Shown one piece after another: positions 26,801-36,912 of a stretch of 64,000 nt of DNA. Position 1 is the first letter of the stretch; every line of letters begins with the position of its first letter. A program made the translations under genes and the position numbers. The DNA is from a virus: positions 1 through 64,000 of the IMG/VR virus record IMGVR_UViG_3300035162_004467; one strand, 5' to 3'. Below the pieces are notes generated by a model. That model searched no databases, was not told where the DNA came from, and saw only the letters and a program-made list of their open reading frames with translations.

Positions 26801-28258
26801 TTATTTAAAAATAAATCAGCTTTGGAAGAATACGGGGCAGCGTTGAAAGCTAATGAAGAGAAACAAAAGAAGCTTCAAAAAATAACGATAGCTCAAAGCG
26901 AAGGCTTTCAAGGGCGGAGTAAAGATACTGTCATGAGCCAATTAAGCAAGGTTGGTGGGGCAGGTTTCGAGAATCTTGATCTTAGAGCACCACTCCAAAA
27001 TTTAGAGAACCAACTAAAAGCATTAACAATGGAAGCTCCTACAGAAGAAAGGGGGCAGGATCAGATTGATAAGGAGCATGCAGCCACTTTAGTACAATAT
27101 ACAAAAAAAACAAAAGAAGCAGGGGCAATAGCAGCAAAAACTGGGGAAATAATAAGAAAAGTAAATAAAGTAAGAGAACTTGAAGCAAAAATATTAAAAT
27201 TTAAAAGCCAAAACGAAGGAAAAGCATTAAAATCAGCAGTAGCAAAACAGAGATCGAAACTTGATGATGCGTCAGACTTAATGAAAGGAGTCCAAGGGCC
27301 ATTTGCAGGGATTATAAACAGAGACCTTGATGTTGGAAAAAAACAAACAGATGCGGCTGATGCGAGGGGTGATCTTGAAGATTTAAAAACTCAGTTAAGA
27401 GTAACGCAAAATCCAACCGAAAGGCTCGCGCTTAATGCAGAAATAAATAAGGCATCAGAAAACTTTAGCAAAAAAGTAAAAGATGCCGCTATTTTCATGG
27501 TGCAGAAGCAAACAGAAATAGCGAATAGACAAGCAGAAGTTGCTAAAGAGTCTGCTAAATTACAAACTGAAGCTATTCAGACTGCTATATCAGGCATCTC
27601 CAAAGGAGTCCGAGGCGAAAAGATTAATCTCAACAATATATCAGATTTCAGGAAAGATTTCAAGGGCGCAAAGACAGACGAAGACAAGGCCAAGCTTATT
27701 GCTGAATTTGAAGGAACGACACTTTCTGGTTTGTCTGAAGCAATGAAAGAGGCTTTAAGGAAAGCGGCTGGATTAGCGTCTGGAGACAGTAGAGAGCTAA
27801 TAGGCGAAAGTGGTCTAACGAGCCTTAATGAAAGTGCTCGTATCGAAGGAGGGGACAAGCTAGATAAAAAATCAAGAGATGATATCTATAATTCGATGCC
27901 ATCAAAAGCTAATGACAAAAGAAGGAACGATTTGGACCAAATTGCAGCAGCATTAAAAACACAAGCTGATGGATTAGCGACAAAAATGAAGGACTTCGGG
28001 AAAGCATTTCAGGCTGAAGCCGTAACAGCTGAGATGGCGAAAGTGGGAGCGGCATTGAACAAAGCAGCTGAAAATGCAGAAGCATTAGCTGGGGCGACAG
28101 GTGTAGTTACCAGCATAGCAACAAAGGTCAATGGACTAATAACTAGGGTCGATGTAAACCTTGATGTCCAAGCGAAAAGACTGGATGTACTTGAAGGACA
28201 AAGAGATACAACGAACGCACAAGTGAACGACATGGCTGAAGCTCTAGCACCCAAATGA
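23861..28258 (+). CDS. Tail tape measure protein (TP901-type N-terminal domain)
   Basis: 1465 aa, Ala/Gly-rich. ELARQG...LADGFSRAGSTA...G.VIGNAFKSIFTRL pattern. Confidence 0.9.
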   Translation: MPAPININANLNLNPASINASAKQVQQALGRITGQASEFQKSLDASTARVFAFGATTTVINGITQSFRALVSTTINVEAKLKEINSILGAGASEFNKYRNSIFQVAKSTGQSFNTVAEGAAELARQGLGAAESAKRLEAALVLTRISGLGAEQSVKALTAAMNGFTSAGLTAEQVVNKIVAVDTAFAVSAQDLADGFSRAGSTAEDAGVSFDELLGLITAVEQRTARGGAVIGNAFKSIFTRLSRGSTIEDLQSLGVAIDANQSGVQKLKSLSDALEKISDPTIASQIKELAGGVFQINVVSAALKDIGNDASIFGEATTTSFKAINEATEKNNALNDTLKANLNSLVVSATSLGEKIGQLTFAPLLGSLVGIGTTLAEGLDKALDPEKGNKFVQGLFKIIGGFISGPGLALFTLAFVKIFKTVLRFAREGFKTVMEMGSAAERVKNIEGGIVGLLQKDAGLRKKLVSTTATQAQKEQAVIAAIKKENSLLTQQEQLVRRIAKATAARGVRGYGGSTGFTGKRGKRFAAGGEGQMEPNLMTAMAKEARDAPSGASPFVTNFRGNPAVMNTSEMQVRINGREQILREDQIPRFNKGSGKKNKFKGPKAGATGTKVANDKEFGDRFVMLTPKIDERSHFGPMTVDDKKHKATHQVHGIKSSQIKKASDKEENSLEKRVKDNLFKEAADWTSRIKPLDKSAPVSEIAKGFDSTRGAKGALQAAIGSAFEVGISKSLKYEARERDQGGDFDVRGGPNISQIQKLFGIRQTIGDFKNASSDGNKRSFVRKVRREKLAGAFTKEEADQQAAKAADKKGTNLRSEKRKAYSAQRASRMPNLRRRVPTNAKGSLPNLKLNKHVPNYAAGSLIRPLLGLLKGGGRSSKLLGGGARKASFGKRAKHLVGRGVEGAKQRVKGSGSLGASIGLSMLSTQLQEANKAIEGEAITTKQALTTVGTEMASFAATGAAIGGPIGAAAGALVGLGIGLFKNKSALEEYGAALKANEEKQKKLQKITIAQSEGFQGRSKDTVMSQLSKVGGAGFENLDLRAPLQNLENQLKALTMEAPTEERGQDQIDKEHAATLVQYTKKTKEAGAIAAKTGEIIRKVNKVRELEAKILKFKSQNEGKALKSAVAKQRSKLDDASDLMKGVQGPFAGIINRDLDVGKKQTDAADARGDLEDLKTQLRVTQNPTERLALNAEINKASENFSKKVKDAAIFMVQKQTEIANRQAEVAKESAKLQTEAIQTAISGISKGVRGEKINLNNISDFRKDFKGAKTDEDKAKLIAEFEGTTLSGLSEAMKEALRKAAGLASGDSRELIGESGLTSLNESARIEGGDKLDKKSRDDIYNSMPSKANDKRRNDLDQIAAALKTQADGLATKMKDFGKAFQAEAVTAEMAKVGAALNKAAENAEALAGATGVVTSIATKVNGLITRVDVNLDVQAKRLDVLEGQRDTTNAQVNDMAEALAPK

Positions 28259-28279
28259 TTAGCTGATAATTTTTTTTAA

Positions 28280-29824
28280 ATGAGCCTTTTAGTAAATAAT
28301 GTAGTCGATTCTAACTCGCAAATCTCGTACTCTTATTTAGAGAGTGAAGATGTCTTTGGGTATTTAGTTACTTTAAACTATACTTTAAAAATAGAAGATG
28401 TGCTTTTCGATAATAACGATGGAGTTCTTCTTTCTGGTAGAGCAGCAATTAGGGCAGCTTACAAAAGACAAAATATAACAGCAAGGATCGCTGGTGACGA
28501 AATCCTTAATGGATTAATTACTAACGTTTCCTTTGGAGAAGGATCTCTCAATGGTGAAGATACAGTTAGTATTGGGATTCAAGAAAGGAGGAGATTAGAT
28601 GATTACAGTTCAAAGACTTTTGCGAAATACATCCCTAACCCTCATTTATTAGAAAGCTTCGCAGAAAGCTATACATTCAGTAGGTCTGGTTCAGATTACT
28701 CATATTCAAGGAATATATCTATTAAGTATTCTCAAGATGCAGGAAATCAATTTTTGACAAACGCCAAGATATTTCTCACTAACTATTACTACTCTAATAG
28801 GCCCAACTTAGGATACTATGAAGATGGTATATCTGAAAACGCTAGGTTTAATGATAATTATAATGGAACTCTCAATCAGGCAATAGATTTAGTAAACTTA
28901 TCTGTTAATCTTCAAGAAAATTTTGACTCTTCTTTTATTGTTGATTCTGAAAATGTATCTAAGAAAATTACTAATTCAATCTCTATTGATCAAAGAGGTT
29001 ATTTGGAGAAAGTAATTAATGTTGAATTTACTTCTATAAAGTATGATTCATCTAATGTTTTAGGTTCTGCTATCGCGTCAACAATAGATAGCATAATTTC
29101 TGACGAACAGACTAAATTTGGGAAGCCATTTTCAATAGAAAAAGGGATAGCCAAAGATTCAAGAAGGGCTAATCTATCTATTAGCTTCTCTACTAACCCA
29201 GCGCTATCACAAGATAATAGCGTTATTTATAACTGCGCCAAAAATAAAGCTGGAGCATTTTTTGAATACGATTTGAGTGTTACATACAAAGCTAAAGATA
29301 AGAACTCTCAAACAAGATATGACAGCGTTTTAGCTTTATGGACCTCCAACAAAGATAAAAATGAAAGCAAGGTTGTAGGTTTGTTTTCAGAAGCCACAGA
29401 CATATACGAGAAATCAAGATCGTCTACAATTGATAAACCCAAAGGGTTAGTGACAGAAAATATAAAATATACTACTGATGACTCGTATGACTCTGGTCCT
29501 TTACCAAAAGGCATATTAAAATTCAATATTTCGGTTCAGAAGCAAGATAAGGTTAAAAGAAGTTCTGTTGTTCTTGATTTAACAAATCTAAAGCAAAAGC
29601 TCGTGACTTCCGATTTAAATAAGCTGGGTTCAGCTACTGTCACAGCTACCGTTACTTCAGACCCAGCATACGGGAACTTTCATGGGAAGGACTTCTTAAA
29701 TGGGAAAACCTCAGAAATGAATGCATTTTTAGAAGAGACAACCTTTTATGCTGCGAGTGATATTGTATCATCTAATTTGTCAGATGGGACTACAACTCGT
29801 GTAATACAATATATAATCGCTTAA
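28280..29824 (+). CDS. Putative distal tail/baseplate protein
   Basis: Follows the TMP. Ser/Thr/Tyr-rich beta strands. Resembles the next gene. Confidence 0.55.
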   Translation: MSLLVNNVVDSNSQISYSYLESEDVFGYLVTLNYTLKIEDVLFDNNDGVLLSGRAAIRAAYKRQNITARIAGDEILNGLITNVSFGEGSLNGEDTVSIGIQERRRLDDYSSKTFAKYIPNPHLLESFAESYTFSRSGSDYSYSRNISIKYSQDAGNQFLTNAKIFLTNYYYSNRPNLGYYEDGISENARFNDNYNGTLNQAIDLVNLSVNLQENFDSSFIVDSENVSKKITNSISIDQRGYLEKVINVEFTSIKYDSSNVLGSAIASTIDSIISDEQTKFGKPFSIEKGIAKDSRRANLSISFSTNPALSQDNSVIYNCAKNKAGAFFEYDLSVTYKAKDKNSQTRYDSVLALWTSNKDKNESKVVGLFSEATDIYEKSRSSTIDKPKGLVTENIKYTTDDSYDSGPLPKGILKFNISVQKQDKVKRSSVVLDLTNLKQKLVTSDLNKLGSATVTATVTSDPAYGNFHGKDFLNGKTSEMNAFLEETTFYAASDIVSSNLSDGTTTRVIQYIIA

Positions 29825-29825
29825 A

Positions 29826-31439
29826 ATGGCAACTTCGATCACATACGGGAGCTACTCTTTCCCAGAACCAATACCTCTTTTCTCCGAAGAAGATCAGGTT
29901 GTGAAACTTGCTGGCCTTTCGGATCATAGCACAATTAGGGTGAATTTGATTGGTTTTCTCACTGGGAGTGATTTAAGTGGATTATATTTGCAAAAAATGC
30001 AAATGGTTAGTGGTTTTCTAAATGAATATGAAGACTTAACTATTACAATTGGGAATGAGACTAAAACTTGTCCTTGTTCCTTCGTAGAGGGTGTTGAGTT
30101 CGGTCAAAGTGACTCTACTACAGTCCTACCATATAACTTAACTGCACTATATTATTCTGGAGAAACTTTTTCAGAATATTTTGGAGTTACAGACCCACAA
30201 AACTCTTGGTCTTATGACGAGGGGGATAATAAAGTAATTACCGCTACTCATACTCTTTCGGCGAAAGGACTGAAAGTAAATTCTGAAGATCCCTTTAGTA
30301 ATGCTCGTACATTTGTGGAAGGGAAGCTTGCTGATGGATTTGAAAATATCGCTTTATTCAATAGTGGCGATAATGCCTTCTTGATATCTAGGACGGAAAA
30401 TGTAGATAAAAAATCTAATGTTTATGGAGTCACTGAGGTATACTCATACTCTGCTGCTGATAGAGATAACTCTGCTAGATCTTATTCTGATAGTGGCGTT
30501 GTAGATCTTTCAACTTCTATTAGCTTTAGTAACGATAGTCAACTTTCAATTGCTGTTAATGGGAGTATCAAAGGCAGTATAGATGCAAACACAGGTACTC
30601 AAGTTGGGTTATTAACTACTGGGAATTTTACTTCAGCACAAGCGACTGATGTTGCGATGAATGCGCTAGTTAATTCCTACTCTGATTATGAATCAGGGGT
30701 TTATAGTTTTGTCCAAGAAGGTCCAACTGCGTTTAATTACAATTTAAATACTGGAGCTAATTTACTTGAATTTTCATTCACTTTCGATGACGCTGATAAA
30801 GTAGATTTAATAAATGGTAACGTTTTACATTCCTACGTTTCCTCTATTAGTTTGTCAAAAGATTCTGCTGTGTCTTCTGTCTCCATCCAAGGAGATCTAA
30901 AATATTTTGGGACTTTGTCTATTGACTCGACAGGAGAATTTGAAAACAATGCTCGCTTTCAGGCTATAGAATCAGCCCTCAGTGAAGTAGATCAATATTC
31001 AATAGCTGTATCTGCCATTCAAGATTTCTCTGGAGTAGCTACTGGTTACGAAATTAATTCATCTTATATCAAAGTCGAGCCAGAATCTTTCTCTATATCG
31101 AAAGATCCTGTTGAAAATACCATTTCATATAATTATAATTATAATAACCAAATAGACTTTTCGACAGGGCAATTAAAAAATTTATCTCTTAACATTCAGG
31201 ACAAACCACCTCTTGTTATTAATAGTGTCCAAGAAACAATAAGTGGATTCCAAGCTGCTGAAGTTATATCTAGAAGTTTAGGCAATTATTCTATTTCGGC
31301 AACCTGTAATAATGATGGGAGTAAATTAGATACGTTGAGGGGGCTGATATCTGGTTATTGCACTGGAGTTTATGTCATATCAGAGTCTTATTCTACAGGA
31401 CAAAATTCAATATCATATAATTTAGCAAAATATTACTAA
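29826..31439 (+). CDS. Putative distal tail/baseplate protein (likely paralog of previous)
   Basis: Similar size and repeated ES/SWSY...TLS strand pattern. Confidence 0.55.
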   Translation: MATSITYGSYSFPEPIPLFSEEDQVVKLAGLSDHSTIRVNLIGFLTGSDLSGLYLQKMQMVSGFLNEYEDLTITIGNETKTCPCSFVEGVEFGQSDSTTVLPYNLTALYYSGETFSEYFGVTDPQNSWSYDEGDNKVITATHTLSAKGLKVNSEDPFSNARTFVEGKLADGFENIALFNSGDNAFLISRTENVDKKSNVYGVTEVYSYSAADRDNSARSYSDSGVVDLSTSISFSNDSQLSIAVNGSIKGSIDANTGTQVGLLTTGNFTSAQATDVAMNALVNSYSDYESGVYSFVQEGPTAFNYNLNTGANLLEFSFTFDDADKVDLINGNVLHSYVSSISLSKDSAVSSVSIQGDLKYFGTLSIDSTGEFENNARFQAIESALSEVDQYSIAVSAIQDFSGVATGYEINSSYIKVEPESFSISKDPVENTISYNYNYNNQIDFSTGQLKNLSLNIQDKPPLVINSVQETISGFQAAEVISRSLGNYSISATCNNDGSKLDTLRGLISGYCTGVYVISESYSTGQNSISYNLAKYY

Positions 31440-32821
31440 TGAGCGATATAGGTTTACTTTTTAAATTGCAAGATAAGCAATCGTCTAACCAGAAGCTATC
31501 AGCTTTTTATGATTTTACATTTGACTCTTCAGATGAAGCCAATGTACAAGGAGATAGTAGTAGTTCGACTTACACAGGAGTGCAAGTCAACTCTACTTTC
31601 GCCAATGATACTTCTTTACATACTGGATTTTTACTTGGGTCTATAGATAGTAGTGAAGCTAGTTCACTGATAAAGGCTTCGGGTATATTGCAAGGAAATA
31701 AGCTAAATTTAACTTCTGGAAATTTTCAAGTTCCTTTCGATGGTTTGAACGCAAACGATATATCAGTCTTGATCGATTTCGAGTTTGCTGACGGAGATTT
31801 TGATGATGGAATTATCATGGGTTGTTTCAAAACTGGAGAAGAAACGATTAATTCCTTAAATATAGAAACTTCTGAAGGATTCAATATTGGAGTTACCGAT
31901 AGGGGTCATTTGTTTTGTCAAACTTTTGGACCTAATGGTGATGCGATTAATATAGCTCACCCTATAGAGCTATCTAAAAGAAATTTAATTTCAGTATCTA
32001 CAACAGATACTTTTATCACACTTAGTTATTTTGATTATTTCAATGACTTAGTGAGAAGCTTGGCGTTGCCTGTAGATAGAAATTATATTTCCTCTACTTC
32101 AGTGTTGAATTTCGGAGGTAGCGATACTTATTTTAGATCAACGGACAATGAAACTGCAACATTTAGCGGGAGTTTAAATAGTCTAGCCATTTTCTCTGGT
32201 TACATAGAAGAAGAGTTTTTAAAAGATTTGGGGGAAGGTATGCTTGGTAGTTACAGCTTTACTGCTGGGTCTACAGTCACAGAGCAAAGACTTACTGGAT
32301 ATGCTGATACAATCAGTTATAAAACTGGAATAACTGGCTATGATTATATCTCTACTGGCACATTAGAGATAATTACAGGAAGAGAAGAATTTACTGGTAG
32401 TACATCACCGGCTTCTCCAGACAGTAAAAAAGAAGGGGAGCGTTACTACAAGTATTATACGTTAAATAATGGTAACGTTAAAACATTCTATAAAGAAGAG
32501 TTGGGCCAACTCCATTCAGATTCTGGATATATTTATTATCCAACGGGAGAAGGCGCTTTTGACACTTTAGGTTTAAACGATATATCTGAATCAATAGATG
32601 CTTATACAGAGCTTACTGGGATGACTCAAGATAAAATAACGATTGATTTGTTTGGGAAGACTCCTTTGACTGGCACACTTTCTGAAGTCAGTGGAGTTGT
32701 CCAGACTGCTTTGGAAGAAACTTATTCTATATATACCCCAAGTTCTTCTGGAGTAACTCTTGAAGAAGATAGCGAAGATTTTAAGAAAAACTTTATTTAT
32801 TACATGGGAGGTCGGTCATGA
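31439..32821 (+). CDS. Tail protein with LamG/ConA-like domain
   Basis: LSAFYDF...LNFGG...FSGSLNSLAIFS pattern. TG-rich C-terminal half. Confidence 0.6.
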   Translation: MSDIGLLFKLQDKQSSNQKLSAFYDFTFDSSDEANVQGDSSSSTYTGVQVNSTFANDTSLHTGFLLGSIDSSEASSLIKASGILQGNKLNLTSGNFQVPFDGLNANDISVLIDFEFADGDFDDGIIMGCFKTGEETINSLNIETSEGFNIGVTDRGHLFCQTFGPNGDAINIAHPIELSKRNLISVSTTDTFITLSYFDYFNDLVRSLALPVDRNYISSTSVLNFGGSDTYFRSTDNETATFSGSLNSLAIFSGYIEEEFLKDLGEGMLGSYSFTAGSTVTEQRLTGYADTISYKTGITGYDYISTGTLEIITGREEFTGSTSPASPDSKKEGERYYKYYTLNNGNVKTFYKEELGQLHSDSGYIYYPTGEGAFDTLGLNDISESIDAYTELTGMTQDKITIDLFGKTPLTGTLSEVSGVVQTALEETYSIYTPSSSGVTLEEDSEDFKKNFIYYMGGRS

Positions 32822-33624
32822 CTTACAATTATATTGTATCTACTGGAGACTCTACTATATCAGGTAGTGTTCTAAATATTTTGGATAACAATCAAATCTC
32901 TTATTCTAGACAACAATATGAAAAAGATATATATGTCATTCGAGACGAGGATGGGGAACAAAAAGAAAACCCATTTTATTTTAATGATTCTATAATCACG
33001 GGATCAAATTGCTCTTTATTAAGCCTCAACTCTCAAACTTTACTTGAGGGAGGATTTTCTATCACAACTGGGGCAAACAAATATTATTATAATATAAATG
33101 ACTCTGGTAATTATGTTGTTGATGCAGAGAATTCAAAAGGTAATATTATTTTTGATCCAGTTTTAACCTTAGGCTATCAGGATTTCATCCTTTATGATAA
33201 AAGAGATTTTGCTACTGGAATTTTAATTTACTCTACTTCTTCTTTTGATTTTATAGCTATTGATGCTCTTAGATCTAAAGTAGATTCTGCTTATTCTAAT
33301 GCTTCGACAGCAGGGCTTTTATTTGATAATTACGATGTTTTTTTTAATGGGCAAAAGTTAAAGTTATATGAATACCCCAATTCTACTGTTACAGGGAACT
33401 TCTTTGCTATCCCCAAAAAAGATGGAATAATTGATGTGCATTCTGATGAGCCTGATTTATTCGGGTCAGGATTTGTAGAGCACCACCTTGATCTTTATTT
33501 AAATGGAATGGAGCAAGATAATCAAGATTGTCTTCAATTGTATACTGGAGTGTATATGATAGAGACAGGGGTGAACTCTTCGTTCACTTTGGTTAGTGAA
33601 GAAACAGAAACTTATGTATTGTAA
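32818..33624 (+). CDS. Putative tail protein
   Basis: Repeated VFFNGQKL / LYLNGMEQ motifs. Lies in the tail operon. Confidence 0.55.
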   Translation: MTYNYIVSTGDSTISGSVLNILDNNQISYSRQQYEKDIYVIRDEDGEQKENPFYFNDSIITGSNCSLLSLNSQTLLEGGFSITTGANKYYYNINDSGNYVVDAENSKGNIIFDPVLTLGYQDFILYDKRDFATGILIYSTSSFDFIAIDALRSKVDSAYSNASTAGLLFDNYDVFFNGQKLKLYEYPNSTVTGNFFAIPKKDGIIDVHSDEPDLFGSGFVEHHLDLYLNGMEQDNQDCLQLYTGVYMIETGVNSSFTLVSEETETYVL

Positions 33625-36140
33625 TGGCTATTATTGGTGAAAGAGAAACATTAACATCTTTAGACTTTAATTTCTCCAGTTCAGGAGGTAATCATTCTGC
33701 AACTGTTCAAAGCGTTTTTGACGCAAAAGATTTGTCTGATTCAGAAAGTGAACTTGGGACATTGATTGGTTCTAGTGCTGGTAAGGTTACATTTTCTAAT
33801 GATGAAATTGATAACTTGATGAAGAATTTCATACAAGTTGAGAAGACCGTGCAACAAGATGGAAACAAAAAAACAGTTTCTAGAAAACTTCAAGATTCAA
33901 CATCTCTAAGATTAAAATCTCACTGTTTTATTGTCAGAGGTAGGGACTCCCATCCTCATGATAAGGGGGTTTCTGGAATAAGTAATGCTCAAGTAAGAGA
34001 TTTGACTGCTTCTGGAATGCTGATTGACGGATTGGGGATTTCTAAGCCTAGAGTTTCTTCTGGAGCAGGAGCAGAAGTAATTCTTCCTTATTTCGGAGAA
34101 TTACCTAATAGCCCAATAACAAGTTCTGCACAAAGATTTCCCTTCAGGAGACCGACAAGGTTGAATGGTAGTGGGGTTATAGCAATTGGGAATGTTTATA
34201 ATGAAGAAAGCTCTGTAAATTCTGACGGAAGAAAAACTTCTTTGTCTTATCAAAGTGGGGATCTGAAAGAGAAGATTAGTTTCAACGAAGAGTACGTAAG
34301 TACTTTTTATAAAGACAATCCAGATTTATCTAATTACGACTTGAATTTTGGCTACACTTTGCGGGAAGCGAAGCGAGGTTTCGGTTTGGCTGGCATCACA
34401 TTGGCAGGATTGCCAGAATCAGCCACAGATGAAGTCTTGTTTAGCGAGTCTGGAACTTTAGATTCAATAGCGTCAAGCATTGCTTCTAAATATGGATATT
34501 ATTGGTTTATCGATCCATTTAGCTTTGGATTAATAAAATTCATAAACTCAGCTTCTGCTTCTCAATTAGGTATAACAAATCCATTGACGCAATCAGGAGA
34601 TCTTCAAGAAAAATATGTAAACGCTTCATTCACGCAAAGCAATCTATCCCCAAAGATAGTCAATGCCTTTGGTTCGACAATTGAGAAACGGACTCAAACT
34701 TTTGATTTTGCTGAAGGCCAAAGATATGTTCGTTTCCATAAGCTGCAAATGAAGGGGATGAGTCAGTTTTTTAAATTTGATGAAAGTTTATTAGGATTAT
34801 TTTATGGATTATATCTCTCTGGTAAATTTGATGCATTTACTTTCGATGCTTTAGCTCATTATGCTACCTTTATAGACAAAAACAATAATGTTGAATGGGG
34901 TGACAATTGGGGAAATTCAGATCAAATCCGTGATGGGAAAACATGTGGATGGGGTACTTCTATAGCTGGTACGACAGTTAGAAAATACATGGAAGATCAA
35001 TGGGATGGAGATTTCAATTTAAAAACTGGAACATATGTGACGTTCCGAAAAAGTGTTGGCGGTGTGACAGGGGGGGGGAGGTTAACCAACCCATCTAGAA
35101 ATAAGATATTTGGAAATCTAAAAGATTTTTTCGATTTAATATCTAGTTCTATTTATGTGTCTAACAAATTCTCACAATATAAAGCTAGAAGAATGCAGTG
35201 GGGAAGCTCAGATATGAGCATCTCTGGTCCTTTCGACATTCACGATAAGGACATCTCAGAGGTAGATGGACTTCAAACATTATACTCAGTATTAGAGTTA
35301 AATGGATTTGGAAATAAGAAATTAAATGATATATTTGCAAAATCAGACTCTTCTGGGACAGGGGGAAACCATGGATTTGTTGGAATAATTAAGGGGAACC
35401 AAAGACTTGCTGCGGGAAATAGCAAAAAAGATTTTGATTACGAGGCCGTTAATGATGAAAATTTTATTTTCATCAAAAATCCTCACACTAACGAAAACTT
35501 TTTTGGTTTCTCTAATAAATTCAAGAACAGCGTAGATAATTTGATAACGAAATCTGTTGGGATGTATCAAAAAATTAAGGCATCGGAAAGCCGAGATGCT
35601 CCAAACACATCAAAAGCTTATTATACTAGAGTTAGACAGCCAACAGATGAAGAAGGAACAGAAGAAGACAGAAAGCAGGAGGAAGCCAGAAATAGAAGGC
35701 AAGCAGGACTTGATGCCGCTGCTGAAAAACTCTCAGAGGTAGCGGAAAGATTTGATATAAGATACTTTAACGTTAAAACGAATGGGGCTTCTGGTGATCC
35801 GCTAGTTCCTATTACTCTTGACACAAAGAATGGGAAAATTTCAGACATCAAAGCTTTAGAAGCAGCGAACTTTTCCGCAAGGCAATCTAGCTCTCAAAAA
35901 ACTGCAACTTCTAGTAGGACTATAGTTGGTATCAGTTTACCGGATGTTTTTTCTGTTACACTTTCTGGCCTGACCCTAAAGCTGGGCAGTTCTGGAGTGA
36001 CCACAACGATTCAAGAATCGACGATGAAGCTATTGAAGCCTGATGAACAATTAATAATCAATGATGGCCAAAGAGCAGCCTTGGCTACAAGTTTCAATAC
36101 TAATTTCTCTGCGAAACAGAAAAACTTCTTGGGGCTATAA
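33624..36140 (+). CDS. Putative tail hub/tip protein
   Basis: Last gene of the tail operon. IASKYGYYWFIDP and C-terminal SGVTTTI hub-like motifs. Confidence 0.55.
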   Translation: MAIIGERETLTSLDFNFSSSGGNHSATVQSVFDAKDLSDSESELGTLIGSSAGKVTFSNDEIDNLMKNFIQVEKTVQQDGNKKTVSRKLQDSTSLRLKSHCFIVRGRDSHPHDKGVSGISNAQVRDLTASGMLIDGLGISKPRVSSGAGAEVILPYFGELPNSPITSSAQRFPFRRPTRLNGSGVIAIGNVYNEESSVNSDGRKTSLSYQSGDLKEKISFNEEYVSTFYKDNPDLSNYDLNFGYTLREAKRGFGLAGITLAGLPESATDEVLFSESGTLDSIASSIASKYGYYWFIDPFSFGLIKFINSASASQLGITNPLTQSGDLQEKYVNASFTQSNLSPKIVNAFGSTIEKRTQTFDFAEGQRYVRFHKLQMKGMSQFFKFDESLLGLFYGLYLSGKFDAFTFDALAHYATFIDKNNNVEWGDNWGNSDQIRDGKTCGWGTSIAGTTVRKYMEDQWDGDFNLKTGTYVTFRKSVGGVTGGGRLTNPSRNKIFGNLKDFFDLISSSIYVSNKFSQYKARRMQWGSSDMSISGPFDIHDKDISEVDGLQTLYSVLELNGFGNKKLNDIFAKSDSSGTGGNHGFVGIIKGNQRLAAGNSKKDFDYEAVNDENFIFIKNPHTNENFFGFSNKFKNSVDNLITKSVGMYQKIKASESRDAPNTSKAYYTRVRQPTDEEGTEEDRKQEEARNRRQAGLDAAAEKLSEVAERFDIRYFNVKTNGASGDPLVPITLDTKNGKISDIKALEAANFSARQSSSQKTATSSRTIVGISLPDVFSVTLSGLTLKLGSSGVTTTIQESTMKLLKPDEQLIINDGQRAALATSFNTNFSAKQKNFLGL

Positions 36141-36911
36141 TTTTCTGATCGCAGCCCTTATCTTCCGAACTTCTTTTACTGGGATATCGCTAAAATCATT
36201 CCAGTTTTGAGCGTCTTCATTTTTATAAATTTCTTGCTTCCATAAAGAACGCAAAGCTCCTTTTTTAAAGTCTTCAAAATTGTGGCCTCCACCAGTTTGA
36301 TCTTGCCAGTCTTGGAATAGTCTTGCATGAGGAGAAAGAATACGATCTATACTTTCATCGCTACAAGATTCAATTGATTGCGAATTGACAGCTCCTTTCG
36401 ATTTATCAATCTCATCAGCTCCAACGATATGAATGTTCAGGAAGTTACGGACACATCTTACGAAAGCTCTATTACAAGCAATAGTCTCTAGAAACTTTGC
36501 CGCGAAAGAACCTGTATTTTGCAATGTAGCATTCGCCACATCTTGGTAACCAATGCGCTCTTTGTTGCTTTCATAGTTAGGAGACCAAACAATTTCACAA
36601 CTAGCCACAACATAAGTATCGTTAAGGTGGTTAGTATCGAATGAGACGCTTTCAAATCCTCTGAGTCGGGCCAACTCTTTAATGCCTCCTAACATAATCA
36701 AGAGCTGTTTATCATCCAAGCCTTCTGAAGAAGTGGGGACATCTTTTTTGCGAGCTTCAAACCAGTCCTTGTTTGGATAAAGGAACTCTGATTTAATCAT
36801 TGCCCTCCAATCTACAGAACCATCCTCGCTAAATTCGTATTCTACATTTTCTAAAAGCCCATGTTCATTGCGCTTGTAAAGATCAGGTCCGTAAATTTTT
36901 TTATCACTCAT
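36135..36911 (-). CDS. Putative Rad52/Sak-like ssDNA-annealing protein
   Basis: LGGIKELA...VASCEI...A.A...ETIACNRAFVRCVRNFLNI resembles the SSAP core helix (A.TRA..RA.R). Confidence 0.5.
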   Translation of the reverse strand: MSDKKIYGPDLYKRNEHGLLENVEYEFSEDGSVDWRAMIKSEFLYPNKDWFEARKKDVPTSSEGLDDKQLLIMLGGIKELARLRGFESVSFDTNHLNDTYVVASCEIVWSPNYESNKERIGYQDVANATLQNTGSFAAKFLETIACNRAFVRCVRNFLNIHIVGADEIDKSKGAVNSQSIESCSDESIDRILSPHARLFQDWQDQTGGGHNFEDFKKGALRSLWKQEIYKNEDAQNWNDFSDIPVKEVRKIRAAIRKL

Positions 36912-36912
36912 T

